The translations under genes and the position numbers were made by a program. A stretch of DNA of 62,854 bases, filler included, from Circinaria calcarea (Eukaryota): NCBI GenBank assembly GCA_051942165.1. It is 12 parts of 12 records of this genome, joined end to end, with 100 filler letters (N's around TTAATTAATTAA, not from the genome) between each part and the next. Parts side by side here need not be neighbours in the genome. Positions count along the whole stretch, not along the records: positions 26,263 to 31,411 come from JAVECS010002019.1; positions 31,512 to 36,654 come from JAVECS010002020.1; positions 36,755 to 41,897 come from JAVECS010002021.1; 9 more parts are not named here. One strand, 5' to 3'. The notes beneath the pieces were generated by a model. It saw nothing but the letters and a program-made list of their open reading frames with translations. It made no database searches and had not been told where the DNA came from. Positions within the stretch are counted from its first letter, which is position 1. The number at the start of each line of letters is the position of its first letter. Positions 26,263-38,845 of this stretch are shown here, piece after piece.

Positions 26263-26397
26263 AGCCTGTGTTTGTACAGCCTGTGTTTGTACAGCCTGTG
26301 TTTGTACAGCCTGTGTTTGTACAGCCTGTGTTTGTACAGCCTGTGTTTATACAGCCTGTGTTTGTACAGCCTGTATTTGTACAGCCTGTATTTGTAC
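26263..26397. repeat. Tandem repeat, 9 copies of 15 bp (agcctgtgtttgtac), truncated by the contig edge
   Basis: Counted directly; three units carry single-base variants. Confidence 0.95.
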
Positions 26398-27089
26398 TCC
26401 CCCCTTAACACCCACTAGCGTTGTGGGCAGTCTGGGATAAGATAGGTATGGTATGGTAGCATCAGGTATGTGTAGGGGTAGGATAGGGGCACTCAAGCGT
26501 AGGGCAGTCTAGCCGTAGCACAGCGGGCCACCCTTTTCCCCCAACTGTTAGAAATAGAAAAGGAATGAAAAGTCGTGAGAAATAGCCCATTATCCCTCTC
26601 CCTTTGAACCCCACGGAAACAAGCCATCCTGAGGGGGGGGGAAAATTGGGAAATGGGATTGGTTGGAGCAATGAAACTTTGATCAAGTTCCCAGTTGGCT
26701 GATTTAGATGTCCTGTTTCTGGGGCTCTAAGGTGAAGGGAAATGGGAAAAGTGGGCATATGATTGAAGAGGTTTTGCGTACGGAGGAATTTGCCCCTCCG
26801 GAGGAAGGGGGAGGAGAAGAGATGGCTATCTCGGGCCGCCGCACCCTTTTGGTCTTTTCTGGAAATCTGTCTTCTAAAACCAAGCACGGCGATGTTCGAA
26901 TTAAGGGGCTTTGAGGCAGGGAAGAAGGGAACTTGGGTTTTGGGACGGTTGATGGCTTCGTCCTTTTGCCTATTTCGTTCTGCGGAGCTGAGAATATTTG
27001 ATTTCTAGTAGTTAAGCAACAGCATCATGTTTTTCCCTTTGAGTCGATGAGATGCTTACGCCCATAGCGAATTACCGCTCCCTGTCCCC

Positions 27090-27884
27090 TCATTTCCCCC
27101 CACCCATCCTTTCCCACAAGCCTCCCGTATCTCCACAAGCATGCTCCACCCCATCACCATCTACCAGTGTCTTCGCACCTAGCATGAGTTCACTTGTGGG
27201 CTCGAGGGTTGAGTCTGCGGCACAGGTGATACCCTTAACATGACCGCATTAGTACGAGAAATATGAAGGTGAACAAGGAAAAAGGGGCGAACACACCTGA
27301 CGCAGGTAGTCGAGACAGTGCAAAAGATGTACTTCTCTGAAATCTGGTGCATCCTCTGGGGTCTCCGGGTTCGTATCAATGGACATCGACATCGGCATAG
27401 CAGATCCCGAAACCTCGACCGCGAATGTAGCATTAGCCGCAGCTTTTAATTCTCTGATCCAGCCCCGGAGCATGACTAGACAGTGCAGCTGATGGAACAT
27501 TGATATGCCCATCTTCTGTTCCCCATCTTTCCCCTTTTCCGTTTGCAGAATGAATCCTCCATTCTCTGGGACCAGAGCTTCCCATGCTGCGTCCGAGCCA
27601 GGAGACAGAGATTTGTAGATAGGGTGTTCGTTGAAGGTTGTGGCGTGGAGGGGCGGGCAGAAGAGGTCGGTGGGAGTGAGACGATTAAAGGAGAAGGAAT
27701 GCATGGTGGAAGGGAGGGCAAGGTAGAGGAGGGCGGTGAGGGAGATGAGAAAGAGAGTTACTAGCAGGGCAAGGAGGAAGTGGAGGCGAAGGCGTTCAAG
27801 GAAACTGCGGGTTTGTGTAGGTTGGGGGCCGAGATCGGCGTCGAGGGATGAGATGCTGATGGTGGTATGCTTTGTGTCCATCAT
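27090..27884 (-). CDS. UstYa-like (DUF3328) oxidase, apparently intact
   Basis: N-terminal TM helix, SDAAWEAL, two HxxHC motifs (MFHQLHCL and HLLHCLDYLRQ), then after an intron GITCAADSTLEP...DGDGVEHACGD. Confidence 0.92.
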
Positions 27885-28320
27885 GGTGGTGGTGAGATGG
27901 TCGAGAGGTGGTTGTACCGTGTATAAGGGATGCGAAAGAAAAAGGAAAGAGTGCAATAAGTGGGTAATGGGATGACTTCAAAGCAATAGTTCCCGTGCCC
28001 CTTGTGGTACCGACGTCAATGTCCAGGGAAGGTCGTAACGAGTGGTCATCCTTTCTGGAACTTTTTGGGAACTTGGACCACTTTCTTGTCACGAGGAGCA
28101 AGGATAAGCGACATTGCCATAGACAAACTTAGAGACAGGAGATTTTGCCCGTAGCTGTCATCTATCTCGAGTGAAAGCCTGGCGGTTGCAGTTCACAGCA
28201 AGCATCCGCTTAAAGTAGCCATTTCGGAAAATTTGACCGAATTATCTTTCACCCTTTGTGCCTTTGTGGCTTTGGGCAGCTATTGAATCACAAGTTCGGT
28301 CTAGCACTCATCATTTTACC

Positions 28321-29330
28321 ATGCTTCCAATTGCCTTACGACTTTGAAATCTCCTAATCCCTTCTTCTCATAAAACCATAGCCAAAGGCTATGATCGTCT
28401 TTGGGAGAGCGACGATACTCTACTCCCGAGCACTCGATCCGGCTTCAGGTCCGAAACCATCTGACGACGATATTGATACCGGGTTGCAATTCACATAACC
28501 ATCCTCATGCTGTACAGTCTGGTAGCTTTCACCGTCCTCAGCTTCGCCCAGTCCAACGACAGTCTTTGTAAAAGCGTCGACTTCATACACTGTGAGAATT
28601 CACATATAGCCTGTATCATAGGTCAGCCACTGAATTTCCTTCAAAGCACCGGCCCGAGATGCAGTGTCTCTCGAAGCAACAGGCTTCAACAATTCGCTGT
28701 GGGACGTCAACCCGTTCAACGGCGACCCACATCCTGAGCAGACCAAAGCTTGGAGTGACTTACTCGCACGTAAGCTGAACGAGAGACCAAGACATGCATG
28801 ATACAAGTTGAAAGGTTCTCTGCCAGATCAGAACATTGTCATGTCGAAAGAATAACTCGACAGAATGAACAGGACATCAGTCGAATTGACGGATGGTAGT
28901 GGATGTTTAGTGACTTTGAACGTCTTCCACGAATTGCATTGTCTGGTGAGTAAGTCGTAAGCCGACACCCTCTCCAGAACTTGGAGCTCATGTGGAGCAC
29001 CAGAATTATATCCGTGACTATATCCACAAAGACCATTACATCAGTAGAGAGGATACCAAAATCCGGAAGCTTCACGTGTGTGCGTATACTAATTTACCCA
29101 AATTCTGAAATGAGTCTTATTGCCTGCAGCACATTACATCGACATCATTCGCCAGGTGCTTATGTGCCACGCCGATATTTCGATCCGGACATTCCAATGG
29201 AGGCCCAACTATAGAGCTCCATGACCCGGTTTTAACATCCGACATGAATGCCGTAACTGGGAGGCGCTCTTGGAGTGGAACGATAGGCGTTTGGTGAATA
29301 CCACGAACAAGCTTTGGTACCCTCTTCTAG
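28321..29330 (+). pseudogene. Second UstYa-like (DUF3328) gene, pseudogenised
   Basis: TM segment, AWSDLL, TLNVFHELHCL, IDIIRQVLMCHADISI, HECRNWEALLEW. In-frame TGA at 28345, 28462, 28474 and 29222, plus a TAA near 28853. Confidence 0.85.
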
Positions 29331-30237
29331 GTACATCACAGCCTCTCCAACAGCTGCCCTGGTCAACAGTTTCACTAGAGCTGCCACATAGGGTATTCGG
29401 ACGAGTAGATAGGGGATGTACCAACATCCAGGGATGATAGCTATGAGATTGAACGATGATACTGCTTTTGTAAGATTAACTGGTGTTCTTGAATGTTCGT
29501 CCGAGTGCGCCAAATATCTTCGCAGGGGGCAAGTAACGGAAGGAGAGTAGCCTCGTAACGCTTCACGTCTTCAGTCGAGCAATGTTAAAACGTTCGAGTC
29601 TATTGCTGTAGCGTTCTTGTAAAGTAGTTTAGCTCATCTCCTGGTGGTCCGCACTGTAAGAACGGTCACAAGCCCAGCAAATTGCTTGACGAAGGTCTAT
29701 GAAACTGCTTGAAACTAGGTGTAATTCAGAAATATGTTGTCGTCTGGCACGGAGTTCAACCTGTCAATTACGCTTCGAAGATGCTTACTTTTCCGCCGCC
29801 ACTAGGCGCCACAAGTCCGTGTTCCCCTAGCTTAATGGTCAGGATCCATCTAACTCTGACAGCGGCAGTACATTTCCTACAAGTAAGCTTTACGGCAGGA
29901 ATTGTCCTCCTAAGGCCCAGCTCTTCGAGAGCAGCACATGCTCCGAGATTCAGATAAGGTAGTGCTGTCCACCAAAATCACTTGCTTTGAGCATTTGCAA
30001 ACAGAGAGCCGATAGGATGTCTCGGTACAAACTGCCCAAATCTTTTGCCAGATTTATCGAATGACCGTTTATGCAGTATAACCCAAGACAGGAAGGGTGA
30101 ATACACCAATGGACTCAAAGTAACGTTGGGGATACGCAGAAAGTATTAAAGGAGCGTCTTCCCTGCAGATACCACTGACTCTTATCTCCGTTCTGGTCAC
30201 CAATCCTACCAATCAGTAACTCCAACACGATACCGCA

Positions 30238-30620
30238 ATGCGTATCACCCCACTCATCTTCGCTCTACCTCTCTTGGGCTTGACCGCTTTCGCCATGCCG
30301 ACTCCTCTCGCTTCAGTTCTTGATACGTTCAACACCCGGAGTAGCTACCTCGTCTACTTCTTTTGACCATGTGTACAGGAATCCGGGCAGTCGTGGTGAG
30401 CCGATGGTACAACTAGGGTAGGGTACGAACCCAACACCTGATGAGGCACTCCGTGTTCCGGTTGTCGATATGGCTAAATGGGTATCACTAGGGATAACCG
30501 TGCGGCCAAAGGAGCCAATGGAACAACTAGAGAGATATGAGCCAAATACCTGGTAGGACGTTCAGTGCTTCTGCTATTCACATGACTGATGGGCATGACT
30601 GGGGATTAACGCTCAGACAA
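30238..30620 (+). pseudogene. Degenerate secreted repeat-peptide precursor (candidate dikaritin RiPP precursor)
   Basis: Signal peptide MRITPLIFALPLLGLTAFAMPTP, then two ~114-bp units (starting 30398 and 30512) whose differences include many synonymous third-position changes in the A[D/N]GTTR and YEPNT segments. Confidence 0.5.
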
Positions 30621-31511
30621 GAATCCCATGGAAAGCTTCCACTCCGTCGGGCAAGATAGCATCAGCCAATTTAGCTCACGTTGTCGGATCCTAGCTTGAA
30701 ATAACAAGACTTTCAGCCCTTGTCAATATGCTCCATTAGCCATTTATGACTATGACGCATACCGACACACCACATCCTTACTTGATCTTGACAGTTTCCA
30801 GTTTCGTCCTGCTGTGAAGACACCTTCTCGCCTACAGGTGATGTTGGTGGGATTTTCCATATCTCACCCCAGAATGCATTCTGATGATTCAAAACTGGAT
30901 GTGGCCAGGAACAGGACCAAGTAGACTACGTAGCTTGTACAGCCCGATCCACTAGAGTTCGCCGACATCGCCACAGTAATATTGAATTCGTTGGCGCCAA
31001 TGTTTTGTTCCAAAACCGAAGGATTCCGTTCATCGGCGCTGTATTTGCTGCAGTGAGACGTAGTCGTACTTAGTATGTTGAAGCAATCAGAGGTTAATGG
31101 TAAGTCATTCCAAATTCGAACCATATCAGCACCAATGTTCCGAATTGGGAGACATGATATGATCGTTTCCGCCAGTGTAGCTATTGCCGATTCCACTCAT
31201 GTTATGAGAGATTTGTCATCGGGGGACATAAACCGAGTGAATGTTGGTAAGGTAAGCATATCACTCCATCCCTTCCATCAATCCTACTCGGTCTAGCACC
31301 ATACCCCTCAGGCCAATCCACTCTCTCAGAGCTTCCCAATCCTGACCCTCCTCTTCTCCCCTCCTCCACGACTCTTTAAAGCCCCACGCACCAGCTACTC
31401 GATCAAGCATGNNNNNNNNNNNNNNNNNNNNNNNNNNNNNNNNNNNNNNNNNNNNTTAATTAATTAANNNNNNNNNNNNNNNNNNNNNNNNNNNNNNNNN
31501 NNNNNNNNNNN

Positions 31512-31700
31512 TCTTCAATAACTACGCTAACTCCGGTCTTTTGTATTATAAGAGTCCTGAGCCTTTTGTTCCTCGTCTTCTCTCGAGAAAGCAAGAAGAG
31601 ACAAAGCAGCAATGGAAACAGCAACCCGATCCCAGTTCCCAATCCCACACATGCATCGCCTATAGCCCTCGGTCAGCAAAGCGTTGAGTTTTCTGATACC
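31512..31700 (-). other. Fragment of a single-pass membrane protein (TM helix plus basic stop-transfer), cut by the contig edge
   Basis: GLGTGIGLLFPLLLCLFLLSREKTRNKRLR; the upstream frame is not clean. Confidence 0.3.
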
Positions 31701-33669
31701 AATATTGATTGGGTGCATCTTTCTTGAACCGAGGGTAATGCCTGAGGAAACTAGTCATCCACAAATGCTAGCGGCAGGCTGGTAGCCTACCCTAAAGTCA
31801 TTCCTCCTCGAGGAGAGCATCCTGGTTGAGTCCTCGCCACACGTAGGCACCATACTGGTAAGGCTAACAATATCATATCCATTGGTAAACAATGTCCTTT
31901 ACTGGAACTGAGGCAAGCGTACCAGGTGCTAGGTTGATTAGCGGCCCCGGGGAGTCAGGGTGTTTCAGAGGGGAGAGCAGCATTGCATGTTCCAGTCAAG
32001 CTTAACGGAGACTCGATCTGGATGCATGCGCAATCGGTTATAAAGACGAATGAGGTCTCTCGTCAAGCCCCTTTAGCGAAGATGTTTCATGGCATGTGCG
32101 CAAAATAATGAGCATGCCTCAGGCAAGGCGCAGGGGATTTGTCTGAGGAAAAGGGATGAGCGATAGATTCCAAATTCTGTAGATCCGGGATCTCCACTTT
32201 TGGTGAGGAACCGTTCGAGGTATAATGTGGATGTGCGGGTGACACAATCCCTTGCTAAAATATACTGAGATGCAAGGCTAAAACGTACGCCGTATGTAGT
32301 AGAGCACTCCGGTCATATTTTCCCAAGCTAGATGCGGTTGATATATCTAGATTCTGGTTGAATCGGTGGGACCAGGAACGGATAAATCGCCGAGTGGCAA
32401 TGCAACAGTGCATCAAGGTCCGCTGTAGTCTGTTGGATAATGGTTTGGAATTATAAGCCACCACCAAGCAGCTGGCCGCCGTTTTCTGGATTTCTGACTT
32501 GGTGAACTCGGGATATCTAGACAATCCGGGTCGCTCACTCATCGGTGTACCACATCAATGTAAGTTGGCCCCAATCCCCCCCAAAAAAATTGGCTAATTC
32601 GATTATCACGGCAGCGGTGGTTTCTATGGTTGGGAAGCAGGGCAGTAAGATCATGATGTCGAAAAGGTGGAAGCGTTGGTTGGATTAAAAAGGTATGGCA
32701 CAGGAGGCGTAGAGCCAATGAAGAGAGTTGAAAGACGAGAGAGTTTGAGAATTGCATAGGCGAACACTAATGCATACAGAAAAGATCAAAGAGTACGCTT
32801 GATCTTCTAGTCAACGGCATAGTCAAAGGGAACGGCTGGTTTACACAGGCCAGTTAGCGGGAGAATACCTACTCCTAAAAAGCTGTGAAACACAACGCTT
32901 GCCCTCATGCTCCCTTTCCCAGGCCGTTCCTCAAGTTGTGCATCCCTAGTCATGATCAGTAAATGAGTGAGGTTTCCTGATGGCATTGATAGTGGTTTTT
33001 GGGTTTATTCGGTAGCTATCATCGCGAGGCATGTGTACGAACTAGTGTCCTCTGCTGTCTCATTGGATTCGTAGATTCGCAGGAATTCCATGGCACGTGC
33101 ACAAGTTCAATGATTTTTGGTGAAACATTTCGACTTACCCGGCGGTCGCTAAGCAGGTATATGAACCACCAACTTTCCACCCAACTCTTTTCTTTTCTTC
33201 TTCAGCTCTCTTTGCCTTTTGGCTTAGATCAAGTGTAGTATCTGTTCTTTTCAGTTTAATCTCTGAAATTCTTCTACGGAAGAAATCAATGATTAATCTA
33301 ATTTTTTTCAACCGCTTAGGGACCGCTGGACTTGTCCATGTCCCTAAGCACTGTGTCACCGGCCTTACACTGCCGCTGGTTGACGCGAACCAATTTTTTT
33401 CATCATCGTCTTCAGCTTGTCTGGGATTATGAAGAAGAAATCCACCACGAGTAGTCATCCGTAGCCAATATTAGAAATGGTCATCGAATGTCTTCGAATG
33501 CAGTACACTCCCAAGTACCATCAATGGCTCAATCCAAGTGAATCATGTTGACCCAACTTGTAGCACGCATGCCTCAACAATCAGAAGTAATATTAGCCAA
33601 AGTCTTTACCACTTTTGTAATACGATCCGAGCATTGCAATTGATCTATCCTAGTTGTTAAGCAGCCATC

Positions 33670-34714
33670 ATGACCTCTATGGATGCAGCAGCTTTTGGTA
33701 TGGTTAATCCAGTGATCTTCGAACACCTCCAAACGAAAATCGATGAAGACACACAAATCCGTGAAGAGCTTCGCAATATTCTGACAGCCTTGGAAAAGCA
33801 AGGTTGGCTGGACTCTTACGTAGCTTTGCATACTGTCGTTCTGACCACGGTCTTAGGAAGAACAGCGCAATCCGTGCTATCCAGGGCTCATTCAACCCCG
33901 TCCGCTCAACGTTGGTATCTTACTATACTTTAGACAGCCCTAGCTGAGTCTGGTACAGTCCAGAGCGTCCTCTCCGAGGCCGAGAAGTCCATTCTCGAGC
34001 AAATAGAGACAATATCCAAGCTTGCTGAAGTGGCTTCAAAATACCCATATTACAAATACAACAGCATCTGGACCAGAGACGTACAGAACTCGGTACGTGA
34101 AGAGGGCCGGCTTGGACTTCGTTGAGACTGCTAATACTCTCTTCAGTGCTTTGCAGTATTACTCTGCTGCTGGCTAGGCGGCCTCCCTAGTAAGGATGGG
34201 CAAGGACAGCCTGGAAGATTGTTGACCATTGAGGAAGTTGGAGATATACTCCAAGGTAAGACCATCTTACCGATGTCTCATCTCAAGGCTAATGATCTCC
34301 TTTACAGTGCCAGTAAACCTCAAGGATCGAGACGCTTTTCACCTTACGATTGAAGAGTATCTCTTGTCGCTTATCAGTCTCATTGACGAACTTGTTAGTC
34401 GGCCTTAATCCTCATAGATGACTCTACTGATTTTACTAGGCACGTCTAGCCGTAAACTCAGTGACTTTGGGAAACTACGACAGGCCCCTCCAGATTAGTC
34501 AGTTCATCAAGGATGTGCACACCGGCTTCCAAATCCTCAATCTGAAGAATGACACGTTACGGAGACGTAGCGACAGTATCAAGTACAGCGTGGGTATTTC
34601 TATCGTATGCTTGGAGTGTCGAAGCTAACGAAGGGCTTGCGATAGGTGAAGAAGGTTGAAGACGTTGTATATGACTTGTCTCTTCGAAATCTGGTTCCTC
34701 GGAATAAGGAATGA
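33670..34714 (+). CDS. TSN1: Translin
   Basis: FEHLQTKIDEDTQIREEL, YPYYKYN, FHLTIEEYL, RLAVNSVTLGNY, GFQILNLKNDTLRRRSDSIKY and KKVEDVVYDLSLRNL; six introns. Confidence 0.95.
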
Positions 34715-35088
34715 GGAGGTCAACGTGCTATGTACATTTCTTAGATGTGCAGCAGCAGTACCAAAATCATTCGAAAAGCGATCCACAACGCAAGGTCCGC
34801 CAGAGTATTCAATATGCTACTGTGATTTGACCTTTAGAATGACACCGAGAAGTAAAAGTGCTGTTGGAAGTTCTGTAATGACTGTAGAACACATTCGAGA
34901 GCTTACTACGCTATTGCAGAGTGTGTACTCTATAGTTGTCTTGGCATCAATTCAAAGAGGGGTCCAAGCTCGACGGCCCTACCAGTAATCGATAAGCACG
35001 GCGCGTAGATCTACGGCTTCGATTCTTCTAAGGCGCGTTATTAGTCAACGACTTATCGGAATTCACAGTGGATAAGACATGAATTGAA

Positions 35089-36654
35089 ATGCCTAGGCAA
35101 GTCTCCATGCTTATTTCTTCATGGCCCAGGGTTAATCGACGAGTGTGTAGAGAAATCGTCACCATTCAAGCAGGCCAATGCGGCAACAGCAGTACGCGCC
35201 CCTCCATCTTCAATCGTTGACGTGGTGTGTTATATCAGGATACTGATTGTCAACAGTCGGAAGTCAGTTCTGGCAACAATTATGTCAGGAGCACGGCATA
35301 AATCAAGACGGAAACCTCGAGGATTTTGCGTCCGAAGGTGTGGATCGGAAGGATGTCTTCTTTTACCAAGTACGAAATCTAGAAATCGCGGTGATCATAT
35401 GTAAAAACTGACAGGCTGCAGAGCGACGATACGCGATACATTCCCCGAGCCATATTGGTTGACCTGGAACCTAGAGTATGTCAATGTTTCAGCAACTGGC
35501 TGGTAGGCTTATGTTACGGTGTTTTTGTTAGGTTATCCAAGGCATACAAAACGGTCCCTACAAGAACATCTACAATCCAGAAAACTTCTTTGTGGGCTCG
35601 CAAGGAAGTGGGGCGGCGAATAATTGGGCCGCTGGCTACTCGGCCGGTGATACGGTGCAGGAGGAGGTCTTCGATATGATCGACAGGGAAGTGGACGGCA
35701 GTGAGTCTTTGGAGGTAGGATACATCCCACCGCAATGGGAGAACACCCTTAAAGCGTCGAGTCTAATCACCTTGTCAAGGGATTTATGCTCCTACACTCT
35801 ATTGCTGGAGGTACAGGATCCGGTCTCGGCAGTTATCTTCTCGAGCGAATGAACGACCGGTACCCCAAGAAGCTTGTTCAGACTTATTCGGTATTCCCAG
35901 ACACACAAGGAGGTGACAACGTCGTGGTAAACCCTTACAATAGTGTCTTGGCTATGCGGCGTTTAACTCAGAATGCTGACTCGGTGGTGTGTACCGTTCG
36001 AGGCAATGCCCATTAAAGTAATCGCTGATGTATCTATAGGTTGTACTCGACAACGGGGCGCTCTCAAGGATTTCTGCAGATCGGCTGCACATCCAGGAGC
36101 CGTCTTTTCAGCAAACCAACCAACTCGTTCGTACATCGACGTTAGGTTTACAGAACAAGCTAATAACTTTAGGTCTCCACCGTAATGTCTGCTAGTACTA
36201 CAACTCTCCGCTACCCGGGCTACATGCACAATGATCTTGTCGGCATTTTGGCTTCGCTGATACCAATACCACGATGCCATTACCTCATGACTTCTTACAC
36301 TCCATTTACTGCCGATACCGTTGAGCAAGCAAAGACTGTCCGCAAAACAACTGTCCTCGACGTAATGCGGAGATTGCTCCAACCCAAGAACCGGATGGTC
36401 TCAACCACCCCAAGCAAATCTAGCTGCTATATCAGCATCTTGAAAATCATACAGGGAGAGGTGGATCCTACGGAGGTAAGTCACTATGCGTATATGGAGC
36501 GGGGTCCTCGATGACTGACTCTCTAGGTGCACAAATCTCTCCTTCGGATCCGTGAACGCGGCCTGGCAACCTTTATACCATGGGGCCCTGCATCAATACA
36601 AGTAGCATTGACTAAGAAATCACCCTACCTCCCGAATACCCATCGAGTCTCGGG
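35089..36654 (+). CDS. mipA: Gamma-tubulin (3' truncated)
   Basis: [54 protein letters not shown] and [13 protein letters not shown]; first intron is GC-AG. Confidence 0.97.
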
Positions 36655-36820
36655 NNNNNNNNNNNNNNNNNNNNNNNNNNNNNNNNNNNNNNNNNNNNTT
36701 AATTAATTAANNNNNNNNNNNNNNNNNNNNNNNNNNNNNNNNNNNNNNNNNNNNGGCCACATGTAGATAATTCCACACCTTTTGTGTAGGATGAGTGGGT
36801 ATCCCATGACCAATCCTCAA

Positions 36821-37572
36821 TCAAATGACAAACCTTGAAGACATCAATTCATCGACGTGCGCCCTCTGAGCTTTGATGCTATTCTTTACCTCCTCTTTCT
36901 TGAGAACGGCAAGGACTTCGGTCGGCGGCTTTAATCCGAGTTTGTCTGCCCGTTTCCAGCGCTTCGTCCTTGCAATGCCTATACATGGCTTTTTGACAAA
37001 TTAGTCTCCATGCTCGAGAGCCATTCGAAGGTATGTATTGCTTACTCCGTATTGACTTGAAAGATCGAACTCGCGCAAGATCTTATCATGGACTGATAGG
37101 CCTTCTTGATGCACTATCCATGAGAAGAGAGTTAGCAGGCTCCTCTGTTTCGTGTTGTAGCTGTTGACATAGTAGAAGACATACCCCTCGGCGCCTTTCT
37201 CTCGTCCTCCTTTGCCTTCCAATACCGTTTGATCTGCGCATCTGTAATCTTTTCGGCTCTTTCATCTGCTGCACTTTTTGGTGCTGCATGTTCTATTTTC
37301 ACTTGTTCCTTAATTGCCAATTCCGCCGTCGTAGACCCGTGTTCGGCCCCGGTGTCTACATCCTCGGGGGCTGGCGAGGGGGTGCTTAACTCTACTGCCT
37401 TGAGAACTTCTTCCGGTTTAACATTGAGGAATTTGGACTCGTCAGGAGCGGGGGCGAGGTGAGGTTTAGTAACTTTGTTTGAACGTGAATGAAATGTGAG
37501 TGTTGGTTGAGCTGCGCGCGCAGAAGTAGGATTTGACGATTTGCGCCGCGTAGGGGGCATCTTGGGAGGCAT
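36821..37572 (-). CDS. POLD4: DNA polymerase delta subunit 4 (Cdm1/POLD4)
   Basis: QPTLTF PIP-like motif, ILREFDLSSQYG-PCIGIARTKRWKRADKLGLKPPTEV; two introns. Confidence 0.92.
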
Positions 37573-37825
37573 ATTGGTAGATAGTGCTTTACGGCTGCGC
37601 TGATCGTCTAGCTTATTCCGCAGCCGATAGAAGGGAAAGGATAATCCAGCGTTAATCCAGATTGATGTTGCGATGTACAGCATCCAAATAGGGAGTACCT
37701 AATGGGTATGACGTTCGGTTGTCTAAGCGATACTGCGCTACTCCGTAGTCTGAAAGGAGCCTCCATTCCCTACTTTGAACTTTCCCCACTTGTGTTGTAA
37801 TTTGGAGGGATCCAGAGCTTCCACG

Positions 37826-38845
37826 ATGTCAGTTTTGGACGGCAGACTGCTGAACTCTGCGAGTGTCTGGGCCTCTACAAAGGAAGACCTCGTCGCACTC
37901 TATAAGTGCGCCTACACAGGCGCTGTGACTGTCCGCACGAGTCTTCTTAATGGCTTCGCACATGATGATAGCACACATCAATACTGCTTCTTCGATGCGG
38001 GCAGCATGGACTTCTTTCACAAGGACATTTATACGACCGAGGCGCAGTCTCGATTGGAAGTCGAAAGGGTGTCGAGTCTGAATACGCTGGGCTATAGCCC
38101 GGTAGCATTGAAAGATTACATTGACATCGTCAAGAGTATCGGCCAGGAAACTGGCGGAAAGCCCGTAATATTTTCGGTCACCGGGACCGTTCCAGAGATT
38201 GTCGAGTGCTATCACTTGCTGGCTTTGGAGGTTGAACGGGATGGTCTCGAATGGATGATGGAAGTCAACCTGAGTTGTCCTAACATTGATGGGAAGCCTC
38301 CACCGGCATATTCAAAATCTCAGCTGCTGCAATACCTTGCGGGCCTGCAGACTGCTACTTTGAGTGCTTCCACTATGAAGATTGGCATTAAGACTCCTCC
38401 TTATACCTATCAAGGCCAGTTCGATGACCTTATCGATGCTTTACTAGAAACGACCTCTGGAGGTAGTTCATGTCCGATATCATTCATTACTGCCACTAAC
38501 ACCTTGGGATCGTCTCTTGTCCTGGATGTTGCCAATAATTGCCCAGCCATTTGCTCTCCTAATAGCTCAGGTATTGGCGGTCTTGCAGGTGCTGCGCTCC
38601 ACCCTTTGGCGTTGGGTAACGTTAGGACTATTCGGCGCATGCTTGACAAGCATGTGGAACTGGGAGATATCTCAATAGTCGGTGTAGGGGGCGTCTCCGA
38701 CGGTGCGGGTTACCATCGAATGAGGAACGCTGGAGCGGCTGCTGTCGGAATTGGCACAGCGCTGGGCAGCTACGGTATCGACATTTTTGAAAAGATCTTG
38801 AACGAGGCAACCGCGCTTTCAGAGAACAAGGGAGAAGGAAAGTGA
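37826..38845 (+). CDS. Class 1 dihydroorotate dehydrogenase-like FMN enzyme (Ura1-like; probable dihydrouracil oxidase)
   Basis: No introns; LLNSA, AVTVRTS, SLNTLGY, EVNLSCPN, GIKTPPY, ATNTLG, GGLAG and GVGGV motifs; no mitochondrial or TM leader. Confidence 0.9.
   Translation: MSVLDGRLLNSASVWASTKEDLVALYKCAYTGAVTVRTSLLNGFAHDDSTHQYCFFDAGSMDFFHKDIYTTEAQSRLEVERVSSLNTLGYSPVALKDYIDIVKSIGQETGGKPVIFSVTGTVPEIVECYHLLALEVERDGLEWMMEVNLSCPNIDGKPPPAYSKSQLLQYLAGLQTATLSASTMKIGIKTPPYTYQGQFDDLIDALLETTSGGSSCPISFITATNTLGSSLVLDVANNCPAICSPNSSGIGGLAGAALHPLALGNVRTIRRMLDKHVELGDISIVGVGGVSDGAGYHRMRNAGAAAVGIGTALGSYGIDIFEKILNEATALSENKGEGK

Noticed and set aside
26263..26397. 15-bp array as a CRISPR or as a HRLYK repeat protein
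   Set aside because: No unique spacers, eukaryotic context, and the ORF is a by-product of the minisatellite.
30864..31196. 110-aa ORF as part of the RiPP locus
   Set aside because: No ATG start or recognisable domain; cannot be supported.
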